Below, piece by piece: positions 20,450 to 30,676 of a DNA stretch of 64,000 nucleotides. The position numbers and the translations under genes were made by a program. The DNA is taken from contig CAVRKK010000002.1 of the NCBI GenBank assembly GCA_963722385.1, forward strand, positions 576,001-640,000, given 5' to 3'. Positions within the stretch are counted from its first letter, which is position 1. Each line of letters begins with the position of its first letter. This DNA comes from an uncultured bacterium. Lineage in GTDB: Bacteria > Babelota > Babeliae > Babelales > Babelaceae. Below the pieces are notes generated by a model. It was not told the origin of the DNA. It saw only the letters and a list, made by a program, of their open reading frames with translations, and did no database searches.

Positions 20450-21031
20450 ATGGATGCAGCAACATTTAAAAAGGTGCTCTTGACTCAAGTGTATAAGCCC
20501 TATCAGGACCTTGGCCATTGTCCTGTCAATACGCAGGGGTGCACCAAAATGGTTTTTGGAGAAGGTAATCCCAATGCACGAATCATGTTGATTGGCGAAG
20601 CGCCTGGCAAAGAAGAAGACGAGCAAGGCCGTCCTTTTATTGGCCGTTCGGGCAAGCTTTTGAACGCATGCCTTCATCGGCTCAACATCAACCGTGAAGA
20701 TGTTTTTATCACCAACGCCGTCAAATGTCGACCACCAGACAACAGGAAGCCATTACCCAACGAGATAGCCTTTTACAAAACTATTTTGTTAAACGAGCTC
20801 AAAATCGTTCGCCCAGCAATTATTTGCACCCTAGGCGCCTCAGCACTTGAAGCATTAATTCACGAACCATTTTCGATAACAAAAATCCGGGGGAAACTCC
20901 TGTCATATCAGGGCATACCACTTATCCCGACATTTCATCCGGCTTACGTGTTACGAAATCCTAGCGCCGAGAAAGAATTTATGCAAGACCTGGCCAATGT
21001 TATCAGACTAGCCCAAAACGAGAAAAAATAA
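20450..21031 (+). CDS. udg: Uracil-DNA glycosylase, family 4
   Basis: IGEAPG, PFIGRSG, NAVKCRPPDNR, TFHPAY. Confidence 0.93.
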   Translation: MDAATFKKVLLTQVYKPYQDLGHCPVNTQGCTKMVFGEGNPNARIMLIGEAPGKEEDEQGRPFIGRSGKLLNACLHRLNINREDVFITNAVKCRPPDNRKPLPNEIAFYKTILLNELKIVRPAIICTLGASALEALIHEPFSITKIRGKLLSYQGIPLIPTFHPAYVLRNPSAEKEFMQDLANVIRLAQNEKK

Positions 21032-21086
21032 CACAAATAATGCCAGACACCTATTAAATATTTCTGGTAGAAACAAAGAGTAAGAG

Positions 21087-21410
21087 AAGGGTGGTGGATA
21101 AGTGGTGGATAAGTGGTGGATAAGTGGTGGATAAGTTCTTGTTTCAAAATTTCTTTACGACTTAAAAAGCACCTATTAATCAACAAACCGGAAGCACCGA
21201 ACATTTAATTCAACGATGGGAAGGACATAATAAACCACCCCAAAAAAGTTATCCACCACTTATCCACCACTTATCCACCACCCTTGGATATAAAAAAAGG
21301 CTTTATCTAAGCACATTTTTTTACGTTTTTTGGCAAGTTATCCACCACAAGCCGCTTGCCTACTACTATATAATATATATATTCTTAATATACTAAGAAG
21401 AGTAGTAGTG
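21087..21410. promoter_or_regulatory. Candidate replication origin oriC (DnaA-box-like 11-mer arrays + AT-rich unwinding element)
   Basis: GTGGTGGATAA x4 (21091-21134), TTATCCACCAC x3 (21249-21281) and one more at 21338-21348, then AT-rich TACTACTATATAATATATATATTC...AGTAGTAGT. Confidence 0.75.
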
Positions 21411-21543
21411 GTATTACCCAAACTGAAAAGGGGACGCTTGAGCGAATAATGGAGGAGGGCGGGTTTTACTTTTAGCTAATTTGTGCTATTCTCTAACTGT
21501 TGCTTTCGATGAGATTATCTGCATATAAAACGTAAGGGAAGCG

Positions 21544-22614
21544 GTGAAGTTATCACAGGTTATTGAAGAGCTTGTAGAAGAAAAAGGCCTTGATCGAGCC
21601 CTTATCACCGATATTGTATCGGAAGGGATTGTGAGTGCTTATCTTAAAAAATACCCTACAGCCCAACTGTCGGTAACGTATAATCGTAAAAGCGATGATC
21701 TATCAATTCTTGCAAAAAAAACCGTGGCGGCAAGCGTTAAAGATGATATAGTGGAGATTTCCCTAAGAAAAGCTCGCTCTATTCGTGAAGATGCTCAACT
21801 GGGCGATGTAGTTGAGCTCCCTTTTCAAGAACCTATAGGGAGAATAGAGATTTTGCGCGCCAAGCAATATATACAGCAACGCATTCGTGAGGTCGAGGCG
21901 TCGGCAATCTATAATCAGTTTAAAGATAAGGTCAATACCATTGTGACAGGCGTTGTCCATAAAGCTGAGCATGCTGGCGTAACGGTCAAACTGAATGAAG
22001 CGCTTGCTTTCTTGCCAAAATCGCTCATGATACCTGGTGAGGAATGCCCTGTTGGTCATACGATTAAGGCTTTGCTCAAGGAAGTCTTGCCCGAGCCACG
22101 TAATGAAAACCAGCTTATTCTCGATCGCCGCTCTCCTTTGTTTGTGGTCCGGCTGTTTGAGCTGGAAATTCCCGAAGTATTTGAAAAAATAGTAGAGGTC
22201 AAAAAAATTGTACGCATACCAGGATATAAGTCCAAAATTATTGTTGCTTCTAACGATAAAAATATCGATCCCGTTGGCACCTGTATTGGCGTTGGTGGTG
22301 CTCGTATTAAGCCCATCTTGCGTGAGTTAAAAAATGAAAAGATCGACGTTATTAAATTCTCCCATTCACTGGAAGATTTGGTTCGTGATGCACTTAAGCC
22401 AGCAGTGATCAATCGCGTTGAAATTGTGGACCCGCAAAACGTTCAGGTTTGGCTTGATGAAGATCAGCGCTCGCTTGCTATTGGCAAAGGCGGCCAAAAT
22501 ATTGATTTGGCGAGTGAGCTTGTTGGTTCAACTATCCATCTGGCAAAAAGTGAGCCTGCCGAAAGCCTGGCGCTATCATTAGATGAAGAAGCCGAAAAAG
22601 GCGATGAATTATAA
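21544..22614 (+). CDS. nusA: Transcription termination/antitermination factor NusA
   Basis: LFELEIPE, IDPVGTCIGVGGARI, SLAIGKGGQN. Confidence 0.96.
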   Translation: MKLSQVIEELVEEKGLDRALITDIVSEGIVSAYLKKYPTAQLSVTYNRKSDDLSILAKKTVAASVKDDIVEISLRKARSIREDAQLGDVVELPFQEPIGRIEILRAKQYIQQRIREVEASAIYNQFKDKVNTIVTGVVHKAEHAGVTVKLNEALAFLPKSLMIPGEECPVGHTIKALLKEVLPEPRNENQLILDRRSPLFVVRLFELEIPEVFEKIVEVKKIVRIPGYKSKIIVASNDKNIDPVGTCIGVGGARIKPILRELKNEKIDVIKFSHSLEDLVRDALKPAVINRVEIVDPQNVQVWLDEDQRSLAIGKGGQNIDLASELVGSTIHLAKSEPAESLALSLDEEAEKGDEL

Positions 22615-22622
22615 AGGGGCCT

Positions 22623-24587
22623 ATGAGAATTTACGAATTCGCGCGAAATCACGAAATCCCTACCAAAGAGGTGCTCCATTTTCTGCAGCAGCATAATGTT
22701 GACGTTCATAGCCATATGGCAGTGATACCGGATGACGCAATGGAACTGCTTGCCAAAAAGTTTGTAAAGTCGACGCAAGCAGCAGAAGTTGCGCCTGAGC
22801 CCAAGCCGAACATTCCTCCGCCAGCGCCCGTGACGCCGGCGCCACAAAAAATGGTCCCCGAAAAGCCTGCTGCTCCTTCGCCAACAAGCGAGGTCATTCC
22901 TCTTGAGCCTATGACGATCGCCCAATTTGCGACATTGGCAAAAAAGCCGGTAAGCGACGTGATTTTGACACTTTTGCGCCAGGGCATGGTCGCGGTTAAA
23001 AATCAAGTGGTTAATGAAAAAGTCGTGGCACAACTTACCCGTTTTTATGGGCTTAAAATAGCTGAGCAAGCCCAACAGGCTCGCCGCGAGACCAGGCCGG
23101 TTGCTGAGCTTAAAGGCCACCAAGTGCAAGAGCGACTGCCGATCGTGGTTGTTATAGGGCACGTTGACCATGGCAAAACAACCCTCTTGGATTTTATTCG
23201 TAAGACGCGGGTAGCAGCCAAAGAAAAAGGGGGTATTACGCAGCACCTTGGTGCCTATGAAGCCCACACCAAGCAAGGAAATCTTGTTTTTCTTGATACG
23301 CCAGGACATGAAGCTTTTACCAAGATGCGCGAGCGCGGAACGAAGCTTGCTGATATAGCGGTCCTTGTAGTGGCAGCTGACGATGGTGTTATGCCGCAAA
23401 CGATTGAAGCAGTCAAGCAGGCACAGGCCGCAAAAATTCCACTCATTGTGGCGATTAATAAAATCGACAAGGTTGGCCCTCAGCAGATTGAGAATGTAAA
23501 GCGTGCGTTGACGCAGTACGGACTCGTATCGGAAGAATGGGGGGGCCAGACGATCTTTGTCCCGATTTCGGCTAAGTTTGGTACGGGGGTCGATGACCTT
23601 CTTGATATTCTCGTTTTGCAATCGAAGCTTTTGGAGCTCGTCGCCATGCTCGATGTGCCAGCCCAAGGGTATATTCTGGAAGCAAAACAAGAAAAAGGAA
23701 GAGGGCCGGTGGCAACGATCATTGTACAGAATGGCATTCTGCGTGTAGGCGACAATTTTATTGCTGGTGGCCGGATCAGCGGCAAGGTAAGCTCTCTTAT
23801 AGATTCATGGGGCAAGCGAGTAATTGAGGCGTATCCTTCGCAGCCCATACAAGTGGCTGGCTTCGATACTTTACCCCAAGCGGGGGACACTTTTGAGGTT
23901 GTTTCGGCCTCAATGGTAAAGAAGCAGCGCCAAGTGGGGGTATCAAAATTACCAAGCGTTCGTTCCACTGCCCAAGAGCAAGGCCTTAATCTTGTTATCA
24001 AAGTGGATAACGATTCCTCGCGTGAAGTGGTGCTTGATGCAGTACACAAGATCAATGAAAAAGCTTTTAAAAAGCTCCATGTATTATACTGCGCCATTGG
24101 CCAGGTCTCTGAGAGCGATGTTCAGCTTGCGAGCGATACGCAGGCAAATATTTATACGCTTCATACGCGGGCTGATGCGGCAGCGATTGCATTAAGCATG
24201 AAGCTGAGCGTTGCTATTAAGCAGTTCGATATAATTTATAAGCTTCTTGAAAATCTTGAGGCAGCGACGCAAGAAGGCCGCCCCATTAAAAAAATAACGA
24301 AAAAGACGGGAGAAGCGGTAGTGCTCAAAGTCTTTGACATTAAGGGGCTTGGTGTTATTGCTGGAGCGCAGGTACGTACCGGCAAGCTTGTTAAGGATGG
24401 CAAGGTTATCGTATGGCGTGGCAAGCATAAAGTCGGTGAAGGGGTTATTAAAAGCCTCCAGCGAGAAAAAAAATCGATCAAAGAAGCAACCAGTGGCATG
24501 GAATGCGCTTTTATGGTAGATGATTTTAATGCATGGCTGCCTGACGACCGCGTTGAGTGCTTCCAAGAAGTTCCTGCCGAAACTTAA
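22623..24587 (+). CDS. infB: Translation initiation factor IF-2
   Basis: [34 protein letters not shown]. Confidence 0.97.
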   Translation: MRIYEFARNHEIPTKEVLHFLQQHNVDVHSHMAVIPDDAMELLAKKFVKSTQAAEVAPEPKPNIPPPAPVTPAPQKMVPEKPAAPSPTSEVIPLEPMTIAQFATLAKKPVSDVILTLLRQGMVAVKNQVVNEKVVAQLTRFYGLKIAEQAQQARRETRPVAELKGHQVQERLPIVVVIGHVDHGKTTLLDFIRKTRVAAKEKGGITQHLGAYEAHTKQGNLVFLDTPGHEAFTKMRERGTKLADIAVLVVAADDGVMPQTIEAVKQAQAAKIPLIVAINKIDKVGPQQIENVKRALTQYGLVSEEWGGQTIFVPISAKFGTGVDDLLDILVLQSKLLELVAMLDVPAQGYILEAKQEKGRGPVATIIVQNGILRVGDNFIAGGRISGKVSSLIDSWGKRVIEAYPSQPIQVAGFDTLPQAGDTFEVVSASMVKKQRQVGVSKLPSVRSTAQEQGLNLVIKVDNDSSREVVLDAVHKINEKAFKKLHVLYCAIGQVSESDVQLASDTQANIYTLHTRADAAAIALSMKLSVAIKQFDIIYKLLENLEAATQEGRPIKKITKKTGEAVVLKVFDIKGLGVIAGAQVRTGKLVKDGKVIVWRGKHKVGEGVIKSLQREKKSIKEATSGMECAFMVDDFNAWLPDDRVECFQEVPAET

Positions 24588-24599
24588 TGGGAGGCAACA

Positions 24600-25616
24600 G
24601 TGTGGCTTGCTTGGTATACCCAATTGGGCGTAACTATGCTGGCCTCTTTTTTGTCGGCACTTTATTTTGGGCCCATTTGCATTGCGCTTGCCCATAAGCT
24701 CAATTTTCTCGATTTTCCCACCACGAGCCTAAAAAATCATCGACAACCTACCCCTTACCTTGGGGGCCTCGTCGTGTATCTGGGCATGCTTGTCGCGCTT
24801 ATGCTCGTCTTTCCCCTTTATCATACGAGCAATTTTTTTGTCTTGGGGGCGACGTTCCTTTTGCTCATTGGTCTTGTTGATGACTCGATTTCGCTAAAGC
24901 CATATCAAAAGATTGTCGGGCAGTTGATCGCGACTACCTTTATGGTCAAGGGTGGTCTCCATTTTAAAGAGACGTTCTTATTACATAGTCAACCATTGGA
25001 GTATTTGTTCTGGGTCATCGTGTCCGGCTTTTGGATGCTTGTAATGATCAACGCCTTCAATCTTGTCGATGTTATGGATGGACTTGCCGCCACTATTGCT
25101 TTGACCGCAGCGATTGCTTTTTTTGCCCTTTCGCTTGTGACGCAAGCCTGGCCAGCGTCGCTTTTTCTTGGTGCGTTAATAGGCGCATTGCTTGGCTTTT
25201 TATGGTTCAATCGACCGCCGGCGCGCATTTACCTGGGAGATGCCGGCTCACTTTTTGTGGGAGGCATTCTCGGTGCGGTGCCCTTTATGATTCCCTGGGG
25301 GACATTCTCATGGCACGGTTATATCGCTCCCCTTGTTATCTTGTTTATCCCTTTGCTCGAGGTCGGCACGTTAATTATTATTCGGACGCTCATGGGCATA
25401 CCCTTTTATCAAGGAAGCCCCCACCATTTTTCCCATTTTTTACGAAAAAAGGGTTGGTCTCCCACGAATATCTTAATTTATACCGTGTTGTGCAATGTGT
25501 TGCTTTGTGGTCTCATTCTATGCTACCTATCCGGCGTCCTAGAGCTCTTTCCCCTTGTGTTGTTATTATCGTTGTTTGTTATTTTTTGGTATTTTATTCT
25601 TTTTTTTGTAAAATAA
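24600..25616 (+). CDS. MraY/WecA/TagO family glycosyltransferase 4 (undecaprenyl-phosphate GlcNAc-1-P transferase-like)
   Basis: PTPYLGG, GLVDD, NAFNLVDVMDGLA, FNRPPARIYLGDAGS, HHFSH. Confidence 0.9.
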   Translation: MWLAWYTQLGVTMLASFLSALYFGPICIALAHKLNFLDFPTTSLKNHRQPTPYLGGLVVYLGMLVALMLVFPLYHTSNFFVLGATFLLLIGLVDDSISLKPYQKIVGQLIATTFMVKGGLHFKETFLLHSQPLEYLFWVIVSGFWMLVMINAFNLVDVMDGLAATIALTAAIAFFALSLVTQAWPASLFLGALIGALLGFLWFNRPPARIYLGDAGSLFVGGILGAVPFMIPWGTFSWHGYIAPLVILFIPLLEVGTLIIIRTLMGIPFYQGSPHHFSHFLRKKGWSPTNILIYTVLCNVLLCGLILCYLSGVLELFPLVLLLSLFVIFWYFILFFVK

Positions 25617-25856
25617 GTGCCAGATAAGAATATGTTGCGAATTGCAAATTTCGATGGTCAAAACAACCGGTTTTTTGAAAAATGCCCTTAAACACGACGT
25701 GATTTTGTTGTTGCGCGACTAGTTCGAAAAGTTTTGTTGTTTTTTATGCTTGCTTGGGGGACACTAAATACGCCTCATCATTGATATCTCATAAAGTATC
25801 TATGTAAACTCCTTGAGCACATAGATGGTATTGGTTTTAAAGGCGCTGCGTACACA

Positions 25857-25906
25857 GCGACTTTCTAGGGGGGACACATCCAGTCCGTGCCCTCCTAGAA
25901 AGTCGC
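25857..25906. other. Long GC-rich hairpin in a 470-bp gap between convergent genes (possible ncRNA element)
   Basis: GCGACTTTCTAGG...CCTAGAAAGTCGC 13-bp perfect stem, extended by GGGGACAC/GTGCCCT. Confidence 0.55.
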
Positions 25907-26045
25907 CCAATATTAAGAAATTATAAAAAGAACCATTCCCCCTTTCTCTTTGTCCCTGCAGTGCTTATGCTTGGTGATTGGTGATAAAATAGAGCATAGA
26001 TCGCTGAGCTTAAATAAAATCAAGTCTCAAGTACTGCATTCAGAG

Positions 26046-26071
26046 CAGTGGCTAACGCACGTTAGCCACTG
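26046..26071 (-). terminator. Putative terminator hairpin downstream of nfo
   Basis: CAGTGGCTAACG-ca-CGTTAGCCACTG. Confidence 0.55.
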
Positions 26072-26086
26072 ACTTTGCATTCAAGA

Positions 26087-26956
26087 TTATTTGATCAGGC
26101 TTCTAAGCAGATCCAGATTTTGTTGGTAAAGTCTTAGAGCATCTTTGGCGTAATTTTCGTAAGGTGTCTCGAGAATCTTAGGTATGGTAGCAAATCGCCG
26201 ATCATTAACGATGAGCCTAAATCCTTCAAGGCCTATGGTGCCTTTGCCTATTTGCTCATGTCGATCGACATGAGAGCCGAGACCGCGCTTGGCGCCATTA
26301 AGATGAAAAACATGGAGATTTTTAAGGCCGAGCAGGTCGTCAAATTCTTTCCAAAAAGTATCATACGTGGTTGGTGTGGTGAAGTCATAACCGGCCGCAA
26401 ACAAGTGGCACGTATCGACGCAGAAGCCGAGCTTTTTTTTGTGTTTTGCCTGCTGGTGTATTGTCCGTAATTGTTTGAGTTCGTAACCAACGGAGGTGCC
26501 TTGACCTGCCGTATTTTCAAGAAGAAGCACCGTAGCTCCTTTGCTCTCGCCCAATGCTTGATCAACACCTTGGCTTATGAGGCTTAAGCATTCTTCAATA
26601 GTTCCCCTGCCATAAGAACCGGGGTGAAGTACGAGATAAGGAATGCCAAGCTGCTCGCATTGCTCAAGCTCTTTGATAAGCATTGCAAGAGACTTTATGC
26701 GGAGCTCTCTATTTTCTGAGCCAAGATTTACCAGATAGCTTGCGTGAACGACAAAGTCCTGAATGCTCGAGGTTTTGGCCGATTTTTTAAATAAATCTAT
26801 ACTTTGTTGGGTAAGATCTTTCATGGCCCATTGTCGATTACTGTGCAAAAACATTTGTAGAGCGGTGCAACCAATTGACTCGCCATCAGCAATCATTTTA
26901 TCAAAGCCCTTGCTGATCGAAAGATGGGCGCCTAAAGGTTGGTTGGCAAGGTTCAT
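26087..26956 (-). CDS. nfo: Endonuclease IV
   Basis: GAHLSI, HASYLVNLGS, HPGS, LENTAGQG, DTCHLFAAG, DRHEQIG, ILETP. Confidence 0.96.
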   Translation of the reverse strand: MNLANQPLGAHLSISKGFDKMIADGESIGCTALQMFLHSNRQWAMKDLTQQSIDLFKKSAKTSSIQDFVVHASYLVNLGSENRELRIKSLAMLIKELEQCEQLGIPYLVLHPGSYGRGTIEECLSLISQGVDQALGESKGATVLLLENTAGQGTSVGYELKQLRTIHQQAKHKKKLGFCVDTCHLFAAGYDFTTPTTYDTFWKEFDDLLGLKNLHVFHLNGAKRGLGSHVDRHEQIGKGTIGLEGFRLIVNDRRFATIPKILETPYENYAKDALRLYQQNLDLLRSLIK

Positions 26957-27080
26957 GGGTCTCCTTTTTTAGTATGGTGAATTGACAAAGTATGTAAAAT
27001 TAGTAAATTGTAATCTGTTTCTTGTACATCGTACTAACTTCTTTTTTTGCTTCGCCATTAAAGATTATTGAGGTCCTTCT

Positions 27081-29453
27081 ATGTCTCTGCGTAATTGTAT
27101 TATTGTAATGTCGACGTTAACCTTGAGCAATAGTCTCTTTGCCCAAGTAGCCCAACCGAATGAACCCTATTATGCAGAAATTGCTGAACTTTTGGCACCT
27201 GATAGTAAGGGAGCCGAGGTACGAGCAACGAATCATCAAAAAATTATAAGTAGGCCAAACCAGCAAGTTGAAATAATCGCTGAGCCTACGGTGGATCGTT
27301 ATCCTGAAAACGTTAACATTGAAGAGCCGAACGTTGCTCTATTGGGACCCGTTTCCAAAGATGCGCGTGCAAGCGGGACCAACATCGCGAAAGATATTTT
27401 TGATGATGACGCGAGCAAACTTGAGCAGTTGCCGGAGCATAGTGATACGCCGGCTATTCCATCCTATGAGGGTGGCAAAGACGATGCTATTACCGAAACG
27501 CTTAAAAAGGGCAAGCAATTTTTTAAAATAGGCCTTGGCGATAACATGTTTGAGATAACCAATCGCCTCAGAATTGAAAGCCTTTATGGCGTTAACTTGC
27601 GCTATTTGAATGACAAAAATAATGAGAGAGACCCTCAGCTTGATAAGATAGCGTTTCCTGGGCGGCATACCTATGATGTTTGGTTTTTATATACCTATGG
27701 TAATAAATCTAAAGGCTACGATGTTATTAAGTTCCGCTTAGGTATGCGTAATCGTAGCATATGGGGGAATGAAACATCTAATCTGCCAACGTCATCTTCG
27801 AGCATCAAAAGTGGGAATGCGATTATTGGTGACCACACGCATGCGGTGACTCGCAATTTATTCTGGGCGCGGGAATTATGGTTTGAGGCAACACTTAACG
27901 ATGTCTTTGGCCTGGAGACACCCCATCGGCATACATTCACGGCTGGGTTGTTTTCCTTTGCTCTTGGGCGTGGTATAGCACTTGGCGATGCCTTCGCAAC
28001 AGATAATGACTTTCTCGGGTATTTTGGTGCTAATGCTATAGACCAGTTTGCGCCGGGATTTAAGCTCTCGGGTGAACTCATAGCGCCGAGTGCGTTGGCT
28101 TATGACCTTTATTTTGAAATTGCTGATAACTCAGCACCAACCTTTGATGAGGTCAATCAGGAAATAAATAGCCAGCGCTTCGAGCGCCTGCATAAACCAC
28201 AGCGCGGCTTTGGCATATTCGATTGGATTTTGGCCGGACGCTTAATGTGGAAGCCAATTGATGTCGCTGGCAAGAGAATATATATTGAGCCATATGCTCT
28301 TTATAGCGTTGATGGTGAGCAAAAAATAGACTTTGTTGGCGATGCACGCCAGCAACTGGGAACATTCGGGTTAGCGGCAGAATTTGAATATGGCAACCTT
28401 GAGGGTGGTTTTGATACAGCCTTTAATATCGGGCGACAGCACGTGTATGGCTGGGACAAGAATGTTATCAAAAACGACGTTCGTGATGGCCAAGTGGTAG
28501 AAGTTTACAGTGATGTCTCAACCGAAAAGCCCGAGGTTGGTAAAAAGATTAAAGAAGCACTCGCAACACCAGCTCACAGGGCTATCGTTCTGGCAGGCAA
28601 ACGCAATGCAGTACATAATGGCAAAAGGATCCCCTGCAAGAAAGATGTTGAAAAGTGTGAAAAACTGTTCAACAGTTTGAATCGGTTTAACAATCCTTAT
28701 GATAACGATTTGCGTGGTGCTATGTTTGTGTGCGACATGGCCTATAAGCTGCCGTACGCGATTAAAATTGCCGCTACTGCCGGTATTGCAACGGGTGGTG
28801 ATGATCCCAATAAAGATCTCCATAATCATGGTGACAGCAGTAAAAATACGACATTCCATGGTTTTGTTGGAGAGCAAGAAATTTACTCGGGAAAGCGCGT
28901 TAGAAGTATCTTTGTCATGTCAGGGCAAGGCAAGATTCCGCGCCTATTGTCAATTCCTGCTTTAGATTTGGTTGATAGCAAGCCGACCCAGGTCACCAGG
29001 TTTACTAACCTGATACTGGCAGGAACAGCTTTTGAAATTAAACCAACATTGTTCTCTACAAACTACACCATCCAAACTAATATGCTCGCATTCTGGGTTG
29101 ATCATGCGCCGCGTCTTTTCCGGGAGCCAGATGGTAAAATTGTTGGCGAAAAAGATCTCGTTGAGCCTTTTACCAACTATCACCGAAAGGTGCGCAATTT
29201 TCTTGGTATCGAGTTAAACCTTATTATTGAAGCTGAGATTCTTAAAGATTTAACGTTTATCTTTAACGGTGCGGTGTTTTTGCCGGGGACCTTTTTTGAT
29301 GACCTCAAAGGGGCAAAAGGTATTAGCAAAAAAGAAAGAGACTTCTTGAAGTCGGAAGCTATGCCAAATGAAGGAGCTAAGGTTACCAAGGTGCCTATTA
29401 TAGGTAATGATGCCGGGTATTTTGTTAATGCCGCTTTTGAATATCGGTTTTAA
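27081..29453 (+). CDS. Hypothetical secreted protein, possible outer-membrane beta-barrel
   Basis: Signal peptide, alternating beta-strand patterns, C-terminal AAFEYRF. Confidence 0.75.
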   Translation: MSLRNCIIVMSTLTLSNSLFAQVAQPNEPYYAEIAELLAPDSKGAEVRATNHQKIISRPNQQVEIIAEPTVDRYPENVNIEEPNVALLGPVSKDARASGTNIAKDIFDDDASKLEQLPEHSDTPAIPSYEGGKDDAITETLKKGKQFFKIGLGDNMFEITNRLRIESLYGVNLRYLNDKNNERDPQLDKIAFPGRHTYDVWFLYTYGNKSKGYDVIKFRLGMRNRSIWGNETSNLPTSSSSIKSGNAIIGDHTHAVTRNLFWARELWFEATLNDVFGLETPHRHTFTAGLFSFALGRGIALGDAFATDNDFLGYFGANAIDQFAPGFKLSGELIAPSALAYDLYFEIADNSAPTFDEVNQEINSQRFERLHKPQRGFGIFDWILAGRLMWKPIDVAGKRIYIEPYALYSVDGEQKIDFVGDARQQLGTFGLAAEFEYGNLEGGFDTAFNIGRQHVYGWDKNVIKNDVRDGQVVEVYSDVSTEKPEVGKKIKEALATPAHRAIVLAGKRNAVHNGKRIPCKKDVEKCEKLFNSLNRFNNPYDNDLRGAMFVCDMAYKLPYAIKIAATAGIATGGDDPNKDLHNHGDSSKNTTFHGFVGEQEIYSGKRVRSIFVMSGQGKIPRLLSIPALDLVDSKPTQVTRFTNLILAGTAFEIKPTLFSTNYTIQTNMLAFWVDHAPRLFREPDGKIVGEKDLVEPFTNYHRKVRNFLGIELNLIIEAEILKDLTFIFNGAVFLPGTFFDDLKGAKGISKKERDFLKSEAMPNEGAKVTKVPIIGNDAGYFVNAAFEYRF

Positions 29454-29587
29454 GAAGAACAACTATTTTTTCTCCAGATTTCATTGGATGACGAATCTAT
29501 TGATCATAAAGAGAATAGGTGGCAAAACGTTGGGGAAATTATGAGCAATTGCGCGGCTGCCAAGAGCAAAAACTTCATGGCAATTCC

Positions 29588-29890
29588 TTATGATGTACGC
29601 CGCACGATCTGCTTGGCAAAAAGCGCACAAATAAACCATGCGAGACTTACGAGGCAGCCTAATATGCCAAAGTCCAGGGTCGTGCCTTTGAGCGTTAGGG
29701 TGCCACCTATAAGGTGCTGGAGTGAAACATAAATGGTAACAAGTCCTGCGAGAATGAGCGCATAAGGTCGCACGAGAGCAACATTTTGTATTTCGTAGCC
29801 CATTAATCGGGTAACCCCATATAAAATGCCGCCCGAAACTCCGGAGCCCGCTATAAAACCGATGAGTATCATCATTGCGCCGCTCACCAT
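29588..29890 (-). CDS. Small hypothetical membrane protein
   Basis: AAGGAG RBS, three hydrophobic segments. Confidence 0.7.
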   Translation of the reverse strand: MVSGAMMILIGFIAGSGVSGGILYGVTRLMGYEIQNVALVRPYALILAGLVTIYVSLQHLIGGTLTLKGTTLDFGILGCLVSLAWFICALFAKQIVRRTS

Positions 29891-30021
29891 AACTCCTTAA
29901 GTGTTAAATGTTGCATACGAAAACATAGCATATCGCCCTATCTAAGATCAACAGCGTATTAGCAAAACTCCGCGCCATCTTGTATACTTTTCATGATTCC
30001 GCTATTTAAAAAGCAAGCTTC

Positions 30022-30492
30022 ATGATTACAATTCGCAATACCCAACGAACGATTCCTCTTGATAGCAATTATCTCAAAAAGCAGGCAGCAAAAATTCTTG
30101 CTATTTTGAACTATGCAGATTTTGACCTCGGTATCTGGGTCACGAATGATAGAACAATTCGCCGCTATAACAAGCTCTATAGGAACAAGGATAAACCAAC
30201 TGATATTCTTTCATTTGCTTACCACCCAGAGCTCAAGGCTGGCGAGCGAATCCGCCCCTTAACGGAAGAAGACAAGAACCTTGGCGACCTCATCATATCT
30301 GCCCCATACGTATGGCAAGAAGCACAACGCTACCAGGTGACATTTGAGCAACGACTCACGGTGCTTCTCGTACACGGTATCTGCCATCTTTTGGGGTACG
30401 ATCATATAGAAGATGCTGACTATCGGCGTATGCGCGCCAAAGAAGCATTTATACTAAAGAAACTGGGTGATTGGCACGCTCCGCAGGAATAA
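30022..30492 (+). CDS. ybeY: rRNA maturation RNase YbeY
   Basis: YRNKDKPTDILSF, LGDLIIS, HGICHLLGYDH. Confidence 0.95.
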   Translation: MITIRNTQRTIPLDSNYLKKQAAKILAILNYADFDLGIWVTNDRTIRRYNKLYRNKDKPTDILSFAYHPELKAGERIRPLTEEDKNLGDLIISAPYVWQEAQRYQVTFEQRLTVLLVHGICHLLGYDHIEDADYRRMRAKEAFILKKLGDWHAPQE

Positions 30493-30495
30493 ATG

Positions 30496-30676
30496 GTGTT
30501 TTGCGTATGTACTTCATGTGGTTATAGTGCTCATGCAGATACTAATGCTGCTACTAATATCAGGCAGGTATACATATCTAATAGGATATGTATACCTGCC
30601 TGATGAGCTGTGCCGCCAATTAGCTCTTAAACAGGCCCGACCTGCAAGTGCTTGACTTTAGTCTTTGGTCATTGAC
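30496..30676 (+). mobile_element. IS200/IS605 right-end remnant: tnpB C-terminal fragment + omegaRNA-like region
   Basis: Translation VFCVCTSCGYSAHADTNAATNIRQ (Zn-ribbon/RuvC-III), a 19-bp perfect hairpin, a degenerate GACTTTAGTC hairpin and terminal TTGAC. Confidence 0.75.

Noticed and set aside
21091..21281. CRISPR or simple VNTR
   Set aside because: The 11-mers are contiguous without spacers, occur in inverted clusters and contain a DnaA-box core next to an AT-rich tract.
22464..24695. Long antisense ORFs (408, 205, 167 aa) over infB; likewise 52082-52822 over secA and 46442-46951 over ndk
   Set aside because: They overlap well-conserved genes on the opposite strand and have no recognisable motifs.
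11074..26956. Dedicated DNA-uptake/repair cluster (tdk, mutY, comEC, udg, nfo)
   Set aside because: The genes are on different strands and interspersed with unrelated housekeeping genes; no evidence of a coordinated system.
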